NCBI GenBank assembly: GCA_050246755.1
Contig: JBFWVL010000001.1
Location: 1,728,001-1,792,000 of the forward strand
Direction: 5' to 3'
DNA: 64,000 nt
Source: Bacteriovoracia bacterium
GTDB taxonomy: Bacteria > Bdellovibrionota > UBA1018 > CAIPTA01
Shown here one piece after another: positions 26,192 to 34,576 of the stretch. How positions within the stretch are numbered: position 1 is the first letter of the stretch; every line of letters begins with the position of its first letter. Under the pieces are notes generated by a model. That model saw only the letters and a program-made list of their open reading frames with translations, searched no databases and had not been told where the DNA came from. Position numbers and translations under genes: made by a program.

Positions 26192-27901
26192 ATGAAGTCA
26201 GCAGGAATCGCATGGTCCTTAGCAGTTATCGGTGCCGCCGGTGCCGGATTGTTCACTGGGCTCGACAATAACGCACATTCAGATATCGCAAAATTTACGA
26301 CCCAGCTTGCGCAACACGAGCGCGTGCCCGGCGAAGTAATCGTAAAGATGTCGCGCCAGGGTAAAACCCTCGCCGTGAATTCTTTGCTCTCGCAATTCAG
26401 TATCTCCTCCATGAACGCTTTCGAAACGAACAACAGCTTTTATAAAGTGAAGCTCGCGCGCGATTCCGATACGGCGCAATTCCTCGAGGCCGCTTCCCAC
26501 AATCCTTCCATCGAATACGCCGAACCCAACTACATCATGCATGTGCTTGGTTCCGAAGATTCTGAAGTGCTTCCTAACGACTCCGATTTCGACAAGCTCT
26601 GGGGCATGAAGAATATCGGCCAAAAAGATTCCGCTGGTACCGTTGGGGTTGCCGGCGCTGATATCGGTGCTACCAAAGCCTGGAAAACCACCACGGGTAA
26701 TAAAGACATCCTCGTGGCCGTGATCGATACCGGCGTGGACTATACCCACCCCGATCTCAAGGACAATATCTTCGTGAACGCGGGCGAGATCGCCGGTAAC
26801 GGCATCGACGACGACGGCAACGGTTTCGTGGACGACGTGCATGGCTGGAACTTCGCCGGCGTTTCCACCAACGATCCTATGGATGATAACGAGCACGGTA
26901 CTCACGTATCGGGCACGATCGGCGGCAAAGGAAATAACGGATTGGGCGTAGCCGGTGTGAACTGGACCACCTCCATCCTTCCCGTGAAATTCCTCACCGG
27001 CGCGGGCAGCGGAACCTTGGAAGACGCCGTGAAGTCGATCCAGTACGCGACCCTCATGAAAGCCAAAGTGATGAACAACTCGTGGGGCGGCGGTGGTTTC
27101 ACCCAGTCTCTCTACGACGCGATCGCGGGCGCCAAAGCCGCTGGTTTGCTCTTCGTAGCGGCCGCCGGTAACGATAGCCAAAATGCCGATTCTAGCCCGC
27201 ACTATCCCGCCGGCTACCAGATCGACAACGTGATCGCCGTTGCGGCCACCACCAACCAAGATACGCTCGCTAGCTTCTCCACCTACGGAAAGCGCACCGT
27301 GCATATCGCGGCCCCTGGCCACAAGATCTACTCCTCCGTTCCGGGCAATAAGTACGATTCCTTCAGCGGAACCTCGATGGCCACTCCTCACGTAGTGGGC
27401 GCCGCGGCTCTTCTCTGGGGAACCGATACCAGCATGACCTATGCTCAAGTGAAAGAACGTCTCTTGGCTTCCCGCGATTTCATTCCTTCGCTCTCGCGTA
27501 AGGTGGCATCGAGCGGCCGCTTGAACATCTACAATGCGATCAACGGGATCTATCCTCCTTCTCCGGAACCAGCCGAGAGCGCTTGGCGTGATTTCGCCTT
27601 CCAAGGCACCGTAGAATCGGAACACCCTTACGCGAACTCCGCGAAGCAAGAGTGGTCGATCGAGGGCCCCGCCGATGCGAAGTTCATGCGCGTGGTATTC
27701 TCGAAGGTTGACCTCGAGAGCGGCTACGACTTCGTAAAAATCTACGACGCTTCGGGCGCCGAGATGGATGCCGTGTCCGGCAAGAGCGATAACCAGACTT
27801 CGTTCTACGTAACCGGCAACAAAATGACCCTGAAACTCACCTCCGACTCCAGCATCAACAGCTGGGGCTTCGCGGTGGGCAAGGTTCAAGTAGTTTATTA
27901 A
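26192..27901 (+). CDS. Secreted S8 subtilase with prodomain and C-terminal CUB domain
   Basis: VIDTG, HGTHVSG, AAGN, GTSMATPHV; C-terminal ESEHPY...DLESGYDFV...FAV CUB-like domain; GGAGG RBS before ATG 26192. Confidence 0.93.
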   Translation: MKSAGIAWSLAVIGAAGAGLFTGLDNNAHSDIAKFTTQLAQHERVPGEVIVKMSRQGKTLAVNSLLSQFSISSMNAFETNNSFYKVKLARDSDTAQFLEAASHNPSIEYAEPNYIMHVLGSEDSEVLPNDSDFDKLWGMKNIGQKDSAGTVGVAGADIGATKAWKTTTGNKDILVAVIDTGVDYTHPDLKDNIFVNAGEIAGNGIDDDGNGFVDDVHGWNFAGVSTNDPMDDNEHGTHVSGTIGGKGNNGLGVAGVNWTTSILPVKFLTGAGSGTLEDAVKSIQYATLMKAKVMNNSWGGGGFTQSLYDAIAGAKAAGLLFVAAAGNDSQNADSSPHYPAGYQIDNVIAVAATTNQDTLASFSTYGKRTVHIAAPGHKIYSSVPGNKYDSFSGTSMATPHVVGAAALLWGTDTSMTYAQVKERLLASRDFIPSLSRKVASSGRLNIYNAINGIYPPSPEPAESAWRDFAFQGTVESEHPYANSAKQEWSIEGPADAKFMRVVFSKVDLESGYDFVKIYDASGAEMDAVSGKSDNQTSFYVTGNKMTLKLTSDSSINSWGFAVGKVQVVY

Positions 27902-27926
27902 GACCTTCTTATGTAGCTGACTGGGG

Positions 27927-27960
27927 AAAGGGCTCTCGCAAGGGGGCCCTTTTTCTTTTT
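27927..27960 (+). terminator. Intrinsic terminator
   Basis: AAAGGGCTCTC-GCAA-GGGGGCCCTTT hairpin followed by a T-rich tract. Confidence 0.85.
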
Positions 27961-27980
27961 GTGATCGTTGGGAAGAACCT

Positions 27981-28448
27981 TTGAAGAAGACTCTCTGTTT
28001 ATTCCTGTTTCTCGCCCTTTTCGTGAGCCATTCGCTGGTGCATGTGGGCAGCCTCCTGCGCGGTAAGCAGCCGGCGCTAAATTTCTCCAGCCCCGTGCTC
28101 CCGGTTTTGTTTTCTTTCGCGCAACAGCCCCTCGTGTTCGACCGCGAAAGCGTATTCTTCAACACGATGGAGATCACCCTGAGCGCGGGCACCGAAGCTC
28201 TGGTGCTTTCGGGCGCGGGAATGCGGAAGTTCGTGGAGAATTACTACCGGGCTCTGCTTTTCTTCCATTGGCCCCACCATGTGGGCAAACTCACCGGCAA
28301 GAGCGTCCTTACGCAGACTTTCTGCCGCAATGAAGAGAGGCTAAAATCGGAGCTAGGATTTCCCCAAAAGCCGGAAGCAGTGGATTGGGTGGTTCGTAGT
28401 TCCTCCCGCACCATTCTCTTCTCGGAGCACGTGGAGTGCGGCCCATGA
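27981..28448 (+). CDS. Hypothetical membrane-anchored protein, partner of the HTTM protein
   Basis: N-terminal hydrophobic helix; ATGA overlap with the downstream gene. Confidence 0.6.
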   Translation: MKKTLCLFLFLALFVSHSLVHVGSLLRGKQPALNFSSPVLPVLFSFAQQPLVFDRESVFFNTMEITLSAGTEALVLSGAGMRKFVENYYRALLFFHWPHHVGKLTGKSVLTQTFCRNEERLKSELGFPQKPEAVDWVVRSSSRTILFSEHVECGP

Positions 28449-29206
28449 AGTTCTTCGGTGAAAATTTCCGCCAGGTATTCGTGCGCGTTTCTCTCGGTGC
28501 TGCCGTTTTTTACTATTTCCTTTGCCTGGCCCTGCGCTTTACGGATTGGATGGCATTCAGCGTTCTTTCCGCCGAGAACAATTCCTGGCTCCTCCATTCC
28601 GTTCTCATTTTCGGAATTTTATCTTCCGTTACTTTTTGCGCGGGTTTCCATACGAGGATTTCTGCCCTAGTCCTGCTTCTTACCTTCCACGGATCCACGC
28701 TGCTGTTTCCGATTCTGCGCGAAGTGCACACGGCCTATTTCGCGGCGATTCTTTTCATCTTCGCGCTGTACTATTGCGGGCCTAAAGCCTGGTCACCGCT
28801 GGAAGTGAAGCTTGGCGAACGCAAGCGCTGGCAGCCATGGCTATTGCTCGCGGTATACTTAGGATTTTCCGTGTCGGGTTTCTCGAAACTTTTCTTTGCT
28901 CCCTGGAAAACGGGGGAGCTCATTACCTTTTTTTGCGGCCTGAGTCCGTTGGCCTCGCTAGTGGGACCAGGGATCTGCGGGATCCTGCCGGCCAAACTAT
29001 TGGGCTGGGGCGTGCTCTTTATCGAATCGAGCTCATTTTTTTTGGCGCTGTTCCCACGCACGCGAATCGTAACCTGGAGCCTAAACACGCTCCTGCATTT
29101 TGGGGCGCTTTTTTTCGTGAATGCGTCCGTGGTATCGATCGGAATCTTAATCCTGCAGGTATTTCTCTTGGATGAGGACTGGCTGAAGCGGGATAGGGCG
29201 AAGTAG
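28445..29206 (+). CDS. HTTM-like (SdpB / vitamin K-dependent carboxylase-related) membrane protein
   Basis: Multiple TMs; GFHTRISA, YLGFSVSGFSKL...W..G, IE...LLH motifs typical of HTTM domains. Confidence 0.65.
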   Translation: MKFFGENFRQVFVRVSLGAAVFYYFLCLALRFTDWMAFSVLSAENNSWLLHSVLIFGILSSVTFCAGFHTRISALVLLLTFHGSTLLFPILREVHTAYFAAILFIFALYYCGPKAWSPLEVKLGERKRWQPWLLLAVYLGFSVSGFSKLFFAPWKTGELITFFCGLSPLASLVGPGICGILPAKLLGWGVLFIESSSFFLALFPRTRIVTWSLNTLLHFGALFFVNASVVSIGILILQVFLLDEDWLKRDRAK

Positions 29207-29254
29207 GCTCGCAGCTCCCAAAATTTTCTTTCTCCAAATTTTGCGCGAAATAAT

Positions 29255-30010
29255 CTAAGGAAAATTTTTCCCATCGGCCGGCAAGGATCCGCGGGGGATC
29301 ACGCATAGGCCTGGGCCCGTGGCCTTATAGTCCACGCGCTGGAAGCCCACCGGCTGATCGAACATCGCCATCGAGCAATCACCCACTTCGTCGCAGGAAA
29401 TCGAATTGCGTTGGCGCGTGATTTCCATGCGCGGCGTTTTCTTGGTGGGAGCCATCACGAGGAGATCGTCGAGGCGGCCGTTTTCATTCACGAAGTTCGT
29501 GGGCAAAGGCCGATGGATGGATTTTGGCGCTGCCCGGTAGGCCTGCACCAACTCGAGGCCGGAGGGGCACTTGCCTCTAACGGCCGCGGATCCATAGCCT
29601 TGAAGCTCCGGCGCGAGACCCGGGGCAGGCGAGAGCGATACGGCCACCGAGAACAAATCGCTTGGCGCAGCGGCCAGGCCAAAACGAAGCTCGGGGAGTG
29701 TTTCGCTGCAGCGCATGCGCATCACCGGAAGGTTACATACGCCTTCCGCGTAGAACTCATCGCGGGCCATTTTTTCAGCATTCGTGAAAGCGGCGGAATG
29801 CGAAAGGTAATGCGTGAACTTTGCCGAGAGCAAGCCCAGTTGCTGGAAGGAAGTGCAGCTTAGTTCGTTGCCATTTACGCCTTCGCCTTCGAGGAAATTC
29901 GTCTCGCACTGGTAGGAGTAAACTTTGGCGATATCGGCCGGAAGCTCGGCGGCGTGAGCGGCGGTGAAAGCGGCTAGCGACAGGAAAAAAGACAAAAATA
30001 GCGCGTGCAT
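29255..30010 (-). CDS. Secreted Cys-rich hypothetical protein
   Basis: Signal peptide ending AHA; 8 Cys; no recognised family. Confidence 0.65.
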   Translation of the reverse strand: MHALFLSFFLSLAAFTAAHAAELPADIAKVYSYQCETNFLEGEGVNGNELSCTSFQQLGLLSAKFTHYLSHSAAFTNAEKMARDEFYAEGVCNLPVMRMRCSETLPELRFGLAAAPSDLFSVAVSLSPAPGLAPELQGYGSAAVRGKCPSGLELVQAYRAAPKSIHRPLPTNFVNENGRLDDLLVMAPTKKTPRMEITRQRNSISCDEVGDCSMAMFDQPVGFQRVDYKATGPGLCVIPRGSLPADGKNFP

Positions 30011-30228
30011 GGAGCCCCCCGTTTGGCGTGAGCGAGTTTTATAATCAGAACGGATTGGGGGGTCAATGCGAGAGGCGGGGGTGAGGCATTTCGGGGGGCT
30101 AGGGGATTCCGGGTGAGATTTGGGAGGGATGAAGACAAAAACCGGTAAAATCCCAGCACAATCAAAGAGATATGCTCACCACCAAATCCCTTTTCTTGCG
30201 CCGTGCGGAACGTTACTATTTTCGTCCG

Positions 30229-31260
30229 ATGGACGGTGACTTTTACAAATCCCACTTAGAACGCGTGAGCAGGAGCTTTTCCTTCTGCATCGCCCAGCTC
30301 GACGGTGATTTCCGCAATTGGGTGAGCCTTTCTTACTTACTTTGTCGCATTCTAGATACGGTTGAGGATGCAAATTGGGCCAAGCCCGAACAACAGGCGG
30401 AAGCCTACCTTCGTTTCCAGGAATTCTTAGATCGTTCCGTGCCTCCCGCCCGCGTGAAGGCCTGGATTGAATCCTTTCCCGCGGGCATCTCCGAGGGAGA
30501 GCGCTTGCTCATCGTAGACGCCGGCGGCGCCTTCGAGCGGTTCCATGCTTTACCCCAGAGTATTCAGGCGATGATGCGTTCTTCGATCCTCAATATGTAC
30601 CGGGGCATGAACTATTTTTCCCGCGAGCGCAAAGAAGGCAGCGCGATCCGGCTGCGTGATCTGCCCGACGTGAATCAGTACTGTTTCTTCGTGGCGGGCG
30701 TGGTGGGAGATTTGCTCACCAATCTTTTGGCCGGGGCTTCGGGCAAGGCCGTGGATCCCTCGCATTTGCTGGATGGCCACCACTTCGGGCTTTTCCTGCA
30801 GAAGGTGAATTTGCTCAAGGATCAGGCGGAAGACGAAAAGCAGGGCCGCCACCTCGTGGTGCCTTCGCGGGAAGCATTGCTGGCGAGCGTGAAGGCGAAT
30901 GCCGAGGGCGCGATCCGTTACCTTACGGCGATACCGGTAAAGGAACGCGGGTACCGGATTTTTTGTGCCTGGTCGCTGTTCTTGGGGCTTTCTTCGTTGC
31001 GCTGGATGGAGAGATCCACGTTCTTTGGCCACGTGTTCATGAATAAGCCGCCCCGTATTTTTACCAAGTGGAAACTCAAGCGGGTAAAAGACCGGATCGA
31101 CGATAACGAGGCTCTCGTGGAATTTTTCCGGCAATGCTTGCCTGCTTTTCCCGCCGTAAACGAGCCGGGCTTGGAAAAAAAAGAGCTGGCTTCTACCTCT
31201 TTGCAGGCTTACCAGGGCCCTCTGGAAGGATCACAGTTCCGTGCCCTAGGGATGATCTAA
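30229..31260 (+). CDS. Squalene synthase (eukaryote-like single-enzyme type)
   Basis: VSRSF flap, ILDTVEDA, YCFFVAGVVG, FGLFLQKVNLLKD, RIFCAW, matching farnesyl-diphosphate farnesyltransferase motifs. Confidence 0.88.
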   Translation: MDGDFYKSHLERVSRSFSFCIAQLDGDFRNWVSLSYLLCRILDTVEDANWAKPEQQAEAYLRFQEFLDRSVPPARVKAWIESFPAGISEGERLLIVDAGGAFERFHALPQSIQAMMRSSILNMYRGMNYFSRERKEGSAIRLRDLPDVNQYCFFVAGVVGDLLTNLLAGASGKAVDPSHLLDGHHFGLFLQKVNLLKDQAEDEKQGRHLVVPSREALLASVKANAEGAIRYLTAIPVKERGYRIFCAWSLFLGLSSLRWMERSTFFGHVFMNKPPRIFTKWKLKRVKDRIDDNEALVEFFRQCLPAFPAVNEPGLEKKELASTSLQAYQGPLEGSQFRALGMI

Positions 31261-31381
31261 ACTCACTCTACCGGGAAGAATCCTGTCTCCGCGTACGTCA
31301 ACTATTCGTTTCCCGGCCCCCGGCTTCCGCATTAATATTATAAGACGATCTTTCTAGAGACTGGAAAGCACCTACCCACGG

Positions 31382-32545
31382 ATGGGGAATACAATGCTCG
31401 TACTGCTCGGATTTTCTGCCCTGCTGCTTTTTTCCACCACGCTCTACCAAATCACCACCGTTTGTTTGCTCCTGCGCCGCCAGGCGAGGAAGCGCGCGCT
31501 GTCTCAGTCCCCCTCTGCTATCCGCGAGTTTCCCGGGATTTCCGTTTTGATTCCCGTGAAAGGAATTTATCCGACCTTCGGCGGAAACCTGCGCTCGATT
31601 TTTGAGCAGGATTATCCGGGGCCTATCGAAGTGATTCTGGGGGTGCAGTCCGAGAGCGATCCCGTGCTGGAGTTTTCCCGCAAGGTAGCGAGCTCGCTGG
31701 GAAAAGGCGATAAGATTCACTTCGCGGTGGGCGGGAAAGACGCGGGCCTCAACCCAAAAAATTCCAATCTTTGCCGCGCTTTTCCTAAAGCCAAGTACGA
31801 CTGGCTCTACTGCTGCGATTCCGACGTGGCCCTCGAGCCTTCGTTTTTTCTTAATGCGATCGCGGTGCTCGACGAAAATACCTACGGCTCCACCTTCAAT
31901 ATTTTCCGCCAGGCGCCGAATCTGGGCGCGATGCTCGAGGGCGTGGGCACGAACACCGAGGCTTCCGCATTTTTCCTCCTCGCGGCGTTAAATCCCGCCA
32001 AGGGCGTGATGAACGGCGCCTCAATGATTTTTCATCGGAGCCTGCTGGCCCGGGTGGGCGGCTTCGAGGTGGCGCTGAATCAGATCACCGACGATCTCTA
32101 CCTCGCTAATAAATTTAACGGGCTCGGTGCCCGGTTCGCGCTTTTGCCCAATAATGTGGTGGAGCATATTCCGGCGCAGTCTTTTTCCGTTTTCTGGAAC
32201 CGCGTTCTGCGTTGGCTGTTGATCGCGCGCTGCAACCGCAAAGATCTTTTCTACGGCGCGCCCACGAGCTGGGTATGGCAATGGAACTTGCTGATGCTGC
32301 TGGTTACCTGCGATTCCCGCTTCCTGCTTCTCTTCGGAGCCGCGCTGGCTGGGCGCCTCCTGTTCTCGATGATTTTTCAGGGAACGCTAGCCGGATGGCG
32401 TGAATGCTGGAAGGTGATCGTGATCCCGATCTACGATTTGCTGGGGCCCGTGGCCTGGACTATCTCCCTCTTTACGAAAAATATCGTGTGGGCCGGGAAC
32501 GAGCTGATCGTGAGTTCGAGTGGTACTTTGGAGCACAAGAAGTAA
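31382..32545 (+). CDS. GT21/HpnI-like (ceramide glucosyltransferase family) glycosyltransferase
   Basis: N-terminal TM, SVLIPVKG, GLNPKNSNL, CDSDV, TDD, RVLRW, C-terminal TMs and IVWAG; stop abuts the cyclase start. Confidence 0.85.
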   Translation: MGNTMLVLLGFSALLLFSTTLYQITTVCLLLRRQARKRALSQSPSAIREFPGISVLIPVKGIYPTFGGNLRSIFEQDYPGPIEVILGVQSESDPVLEFSRKVASSLGKGDKIHFAVGGKDAGLNPKNSNLCRAFPKAKYDWLYCCDSDVALEPSFFLNAIAVLDENTYGSTFNIFRQAPNLGAMLEGVGTNTEASAFFLLAALNPAKGVMNGASMIFHRSLLARVGGFEVALNQITDDLYLANKFNGLGARFALLPNNVVEHIPAQSFSVFWNRVLRWLLIARCNRKDLFYGAPTSWVWQWNLLMLLVTCDSRFLLLFGAALAGRLLFSMIFQGTLAGWRECWKVIVIPIYDLLGPVAWTISLFTKNIVWAGNELIVSSSGTLEHKK

Positions 32546-34444
32546 ATGGCCTATAGCCCCGCAATGAAAACCGCGATCGCTAAAGCGGAAGATTTTCTGC
32601 TCGCTGCCCAGAACAAAGATGGCTCCTGGATCGGGGAGGTGGGCCTCAATCCCGGGCCTACGGCCCAGGCGGTGATGCTCTACGCGAGCCTGCAGAAAAA
32701 ATTCCCGGCTTCGGTGGCACCGAAGGCGAAGCAGTATGTGCTGCGCACCCAAAATCCCGACGGGGGATGGAGCACGCATCCTGGTGCGCCCAGCGAGGTT
32801 TCGCTTACCTGTGAATGCTACGTGGCGCTACGGCTCTTGGGAGTGCCTGCATCCGATCCCGTTTGCGCCAAAGCGCGGAGCGTGATCGAAGCGGCGGGGG
32901 GAACGAGCGCGGCCAATCCCTGGACCCAGCTTTATCTTGGCATCCTGGGAGTTCTTCCTTGGGAAAAAATCCAAATCATTCCCATCGAGCTCGTGCTCCA
33001 GCCCGCATTTTCACCATTTTCGATCGAGCATCTAGCCTACTGGGTGAGGGTGATCACGGTGCCGATGATGCTCGTGGGCGCAATTGGCCCTTATCCGCTC
33101 GCGAAAATGGCGGGAGAGCTGGCCGAAGAACTCTCCACCGAAAATTTCGACTCGCGAAGAAATATGGGGATGATCGGAAAAATCATCGCGAAGTGCGCCG
33201 CCGTGGCGGGCCACGTGGGAGTGCCCGGGCTGCGCGCAGTGGCGATTAAAAAATCCCTGGAGTATATCCGCAGCTGGACCGAGAAACACGGCGACTTCGG
33301 CGGCAATACTTGCACTGCGATCAACGTGATCGTGGCGTATTCGAAAATCGGCGAACATGAAGAGGAAGTGCGCAAAGGGCTCGAAGCGTTCATGAGCTAC
33401 GCGATCGAGACGGAGGAGGAATGGCGCCTGCAAACCTGCCAGAGCCATGTCTGGGACGCGGCCTTCGTGATGCAGGCTTTGCGCGGGGAAAACCCCAGTG
33501 CGAAGGTAAAGGCCGCGCTCGAGCGCGGAGCGGAGTGGCTTACCGATCGCCAGATCGTGAAAACGCGCGGGCCCTGGAGCAAGAACGTGAAGGCCGCCCC
33601 GGGGGGGTGGTGTTTCGGGAATCGCCACGAGCATTTTCCCGTAACCGATTGCACGGCGGTTTCGGTTTTGGCGCTGAAAGATACCGTGCCCGATTATTGG
33701 AATACCCGCGGCTCCCGGCTCGCGGTGGACTGGCTCGTGGGGATGCAGCACGGCACGGGCGGCTGGTCGGCCTACGAAAAATTCGAGCGCGGCGAGCTCC
33801 TCAACCGCCTGGTGACGTTCAAGGATATTCCCGATGCCCTTGTGGATCGCCCGAAGGCCGACGTTTCGGCCAAGGTAGTGGAGGCGCTCTGCGCGGCAAG
33901 GCCCTGGCATCCGGAGCTTCATTCCGTATTGGCCGATGCCCGGGCCTTCCTGCTCGCGAAACGGGAAACTTCCTACCAGGTTTGGCGGGGGAACTACGGA
34001 ATAAATTATATTTATGGAACATCCTTCGCCGCCAAGGCTTTGCGGGCCATCGATGGGCATCCCAGCGTGGACTGGGCTCCCGCTGTGCTGCGCTTTTTCT
34101 TGAATCGCCAGAACGGAGATGGGGGCTGGGGTGAGAGCGACGCCAGCTACTTTCATAAGGAGAAGGCGGGGTACGGGCCCTCCACGGTTACCCAAACGGC
34201 CTGGGCTCTATTGGGTCTTATTCACGCGTTGGATCCGTCAAACCCCCCTAAAGAGGCCTTAAAAGCGATTAAAAATGGGGTAGAGTACCTGCTTAAAAAA
34301 CAGGAGGAAGCCGGCAATTGGACCGAGGAACTGTCTTTGTGCACGGTTTTTCCGGGCATGGTTTACTTCCACTACGAATTTTATCCCGTGGTATTTCCGC
34401 TGCTCGCTTTGCGCGAAGCGGGCAAAATACTGGCAGCTCACTAG
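32546..34444 (+). CDS. Class II triterpene cyclase (SHC-like scaffold, oxidosqualene-cyclase-type VTDCTA motif)
   Basis: QW repeats (QNKDGSW, QNPDGGW, QHGTGGW, QNGDGGWGES, QEEAGNW), SHVWDAAF, GGWCF...PVTDCTAV, GINYIYGT, VFPG. Confidence 0.93.
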   Translation: MAYSPAMKTAIAKAEDFLLAAQNKDGSWIGEVGLNPGPTAQAVMLYASLQKKFPASVAPKAKQYVLRTQNPDGGWSTHPGAPSEVSLTCECYVALRLLGVPASDPVCAKARSVIEAAGGTSAANPWTQLYLGILGVLPWEKIQIIPIELVLQPAFSPFSIEHLAYWVRVITVPMMLVGAIGPYPLAKMAGELAEELSTENFDSRRNMGMIGKIIAKCAAVAGHVGVPGLRAVAIKKSLEYIRSWTEKHGDFGGNTCTAINVIVAYSKIGEHEEEVRKGLEAFMSYAIETEEEWRLQTCQSHVWDAAFVMQALRGENPSAKVKAALERGAEWLTDRQIVKTRGPWSKNVKAAPGGWCFGNRHEHFPVTDCTAVSVLALKDTVPDYWNTRGSRLAVDWLVGMQHGTGGWSAYEKFERGELLNRLVTFKDIPDALVDRPKADVSAKVVEALCAARPWHPELHSVLADARAFLLAKRETSYQVWRGNYGINYIYGTSFAAKALRAIDGHPSVDWAPAVLRFFLNRQNGDGGWGESDASYFHKEKAGYGPSTVTQTAWALLGLIHALDPSNPPKEALKAIKNGVEYLLKKQEEAGNWTEELSLCTVFPGMVYFHYEFYPVVFPLLALREAGKILAAH

Positions 34445-34538
34445 GCAAAACCTCCACACCTGTACAAAAGATAAACAAAAAATGGGGGCCGGAATCGATA
34501 TTCCCCAACGAAACTCAGGTGTTTGCCCGAATTTATAC

Positions 34539-34570
34539 TTGACTGTTTTTGTCGGATTCTTTAGTATACT
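34539..34570 (+). promoter_or_regulatory. Sigma-70 promoter for the hydrolase-epoxidase unit
   Basis: TTGACT-N17-TAGTAT, with an overlapping TATACT 6 nt before ATG 34577. Confidence 0.6.
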
Positions 34571-34576
34571 TGCACC

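Noticed and set aside
26279-28192. 637-aa minus-strand ORF
   Set aside because: Antisense shadow of the S8-CUB protease caused by biased codon usage; no recognisable motifs.
30229-34444. Ordinary hopanoid (hpn/shc) cluster
   Set aside because: The cyclase lacks DxDD, a squalene epoxidase is adjacent, and hpnCDE/hpnG/hpnH are not in the window.
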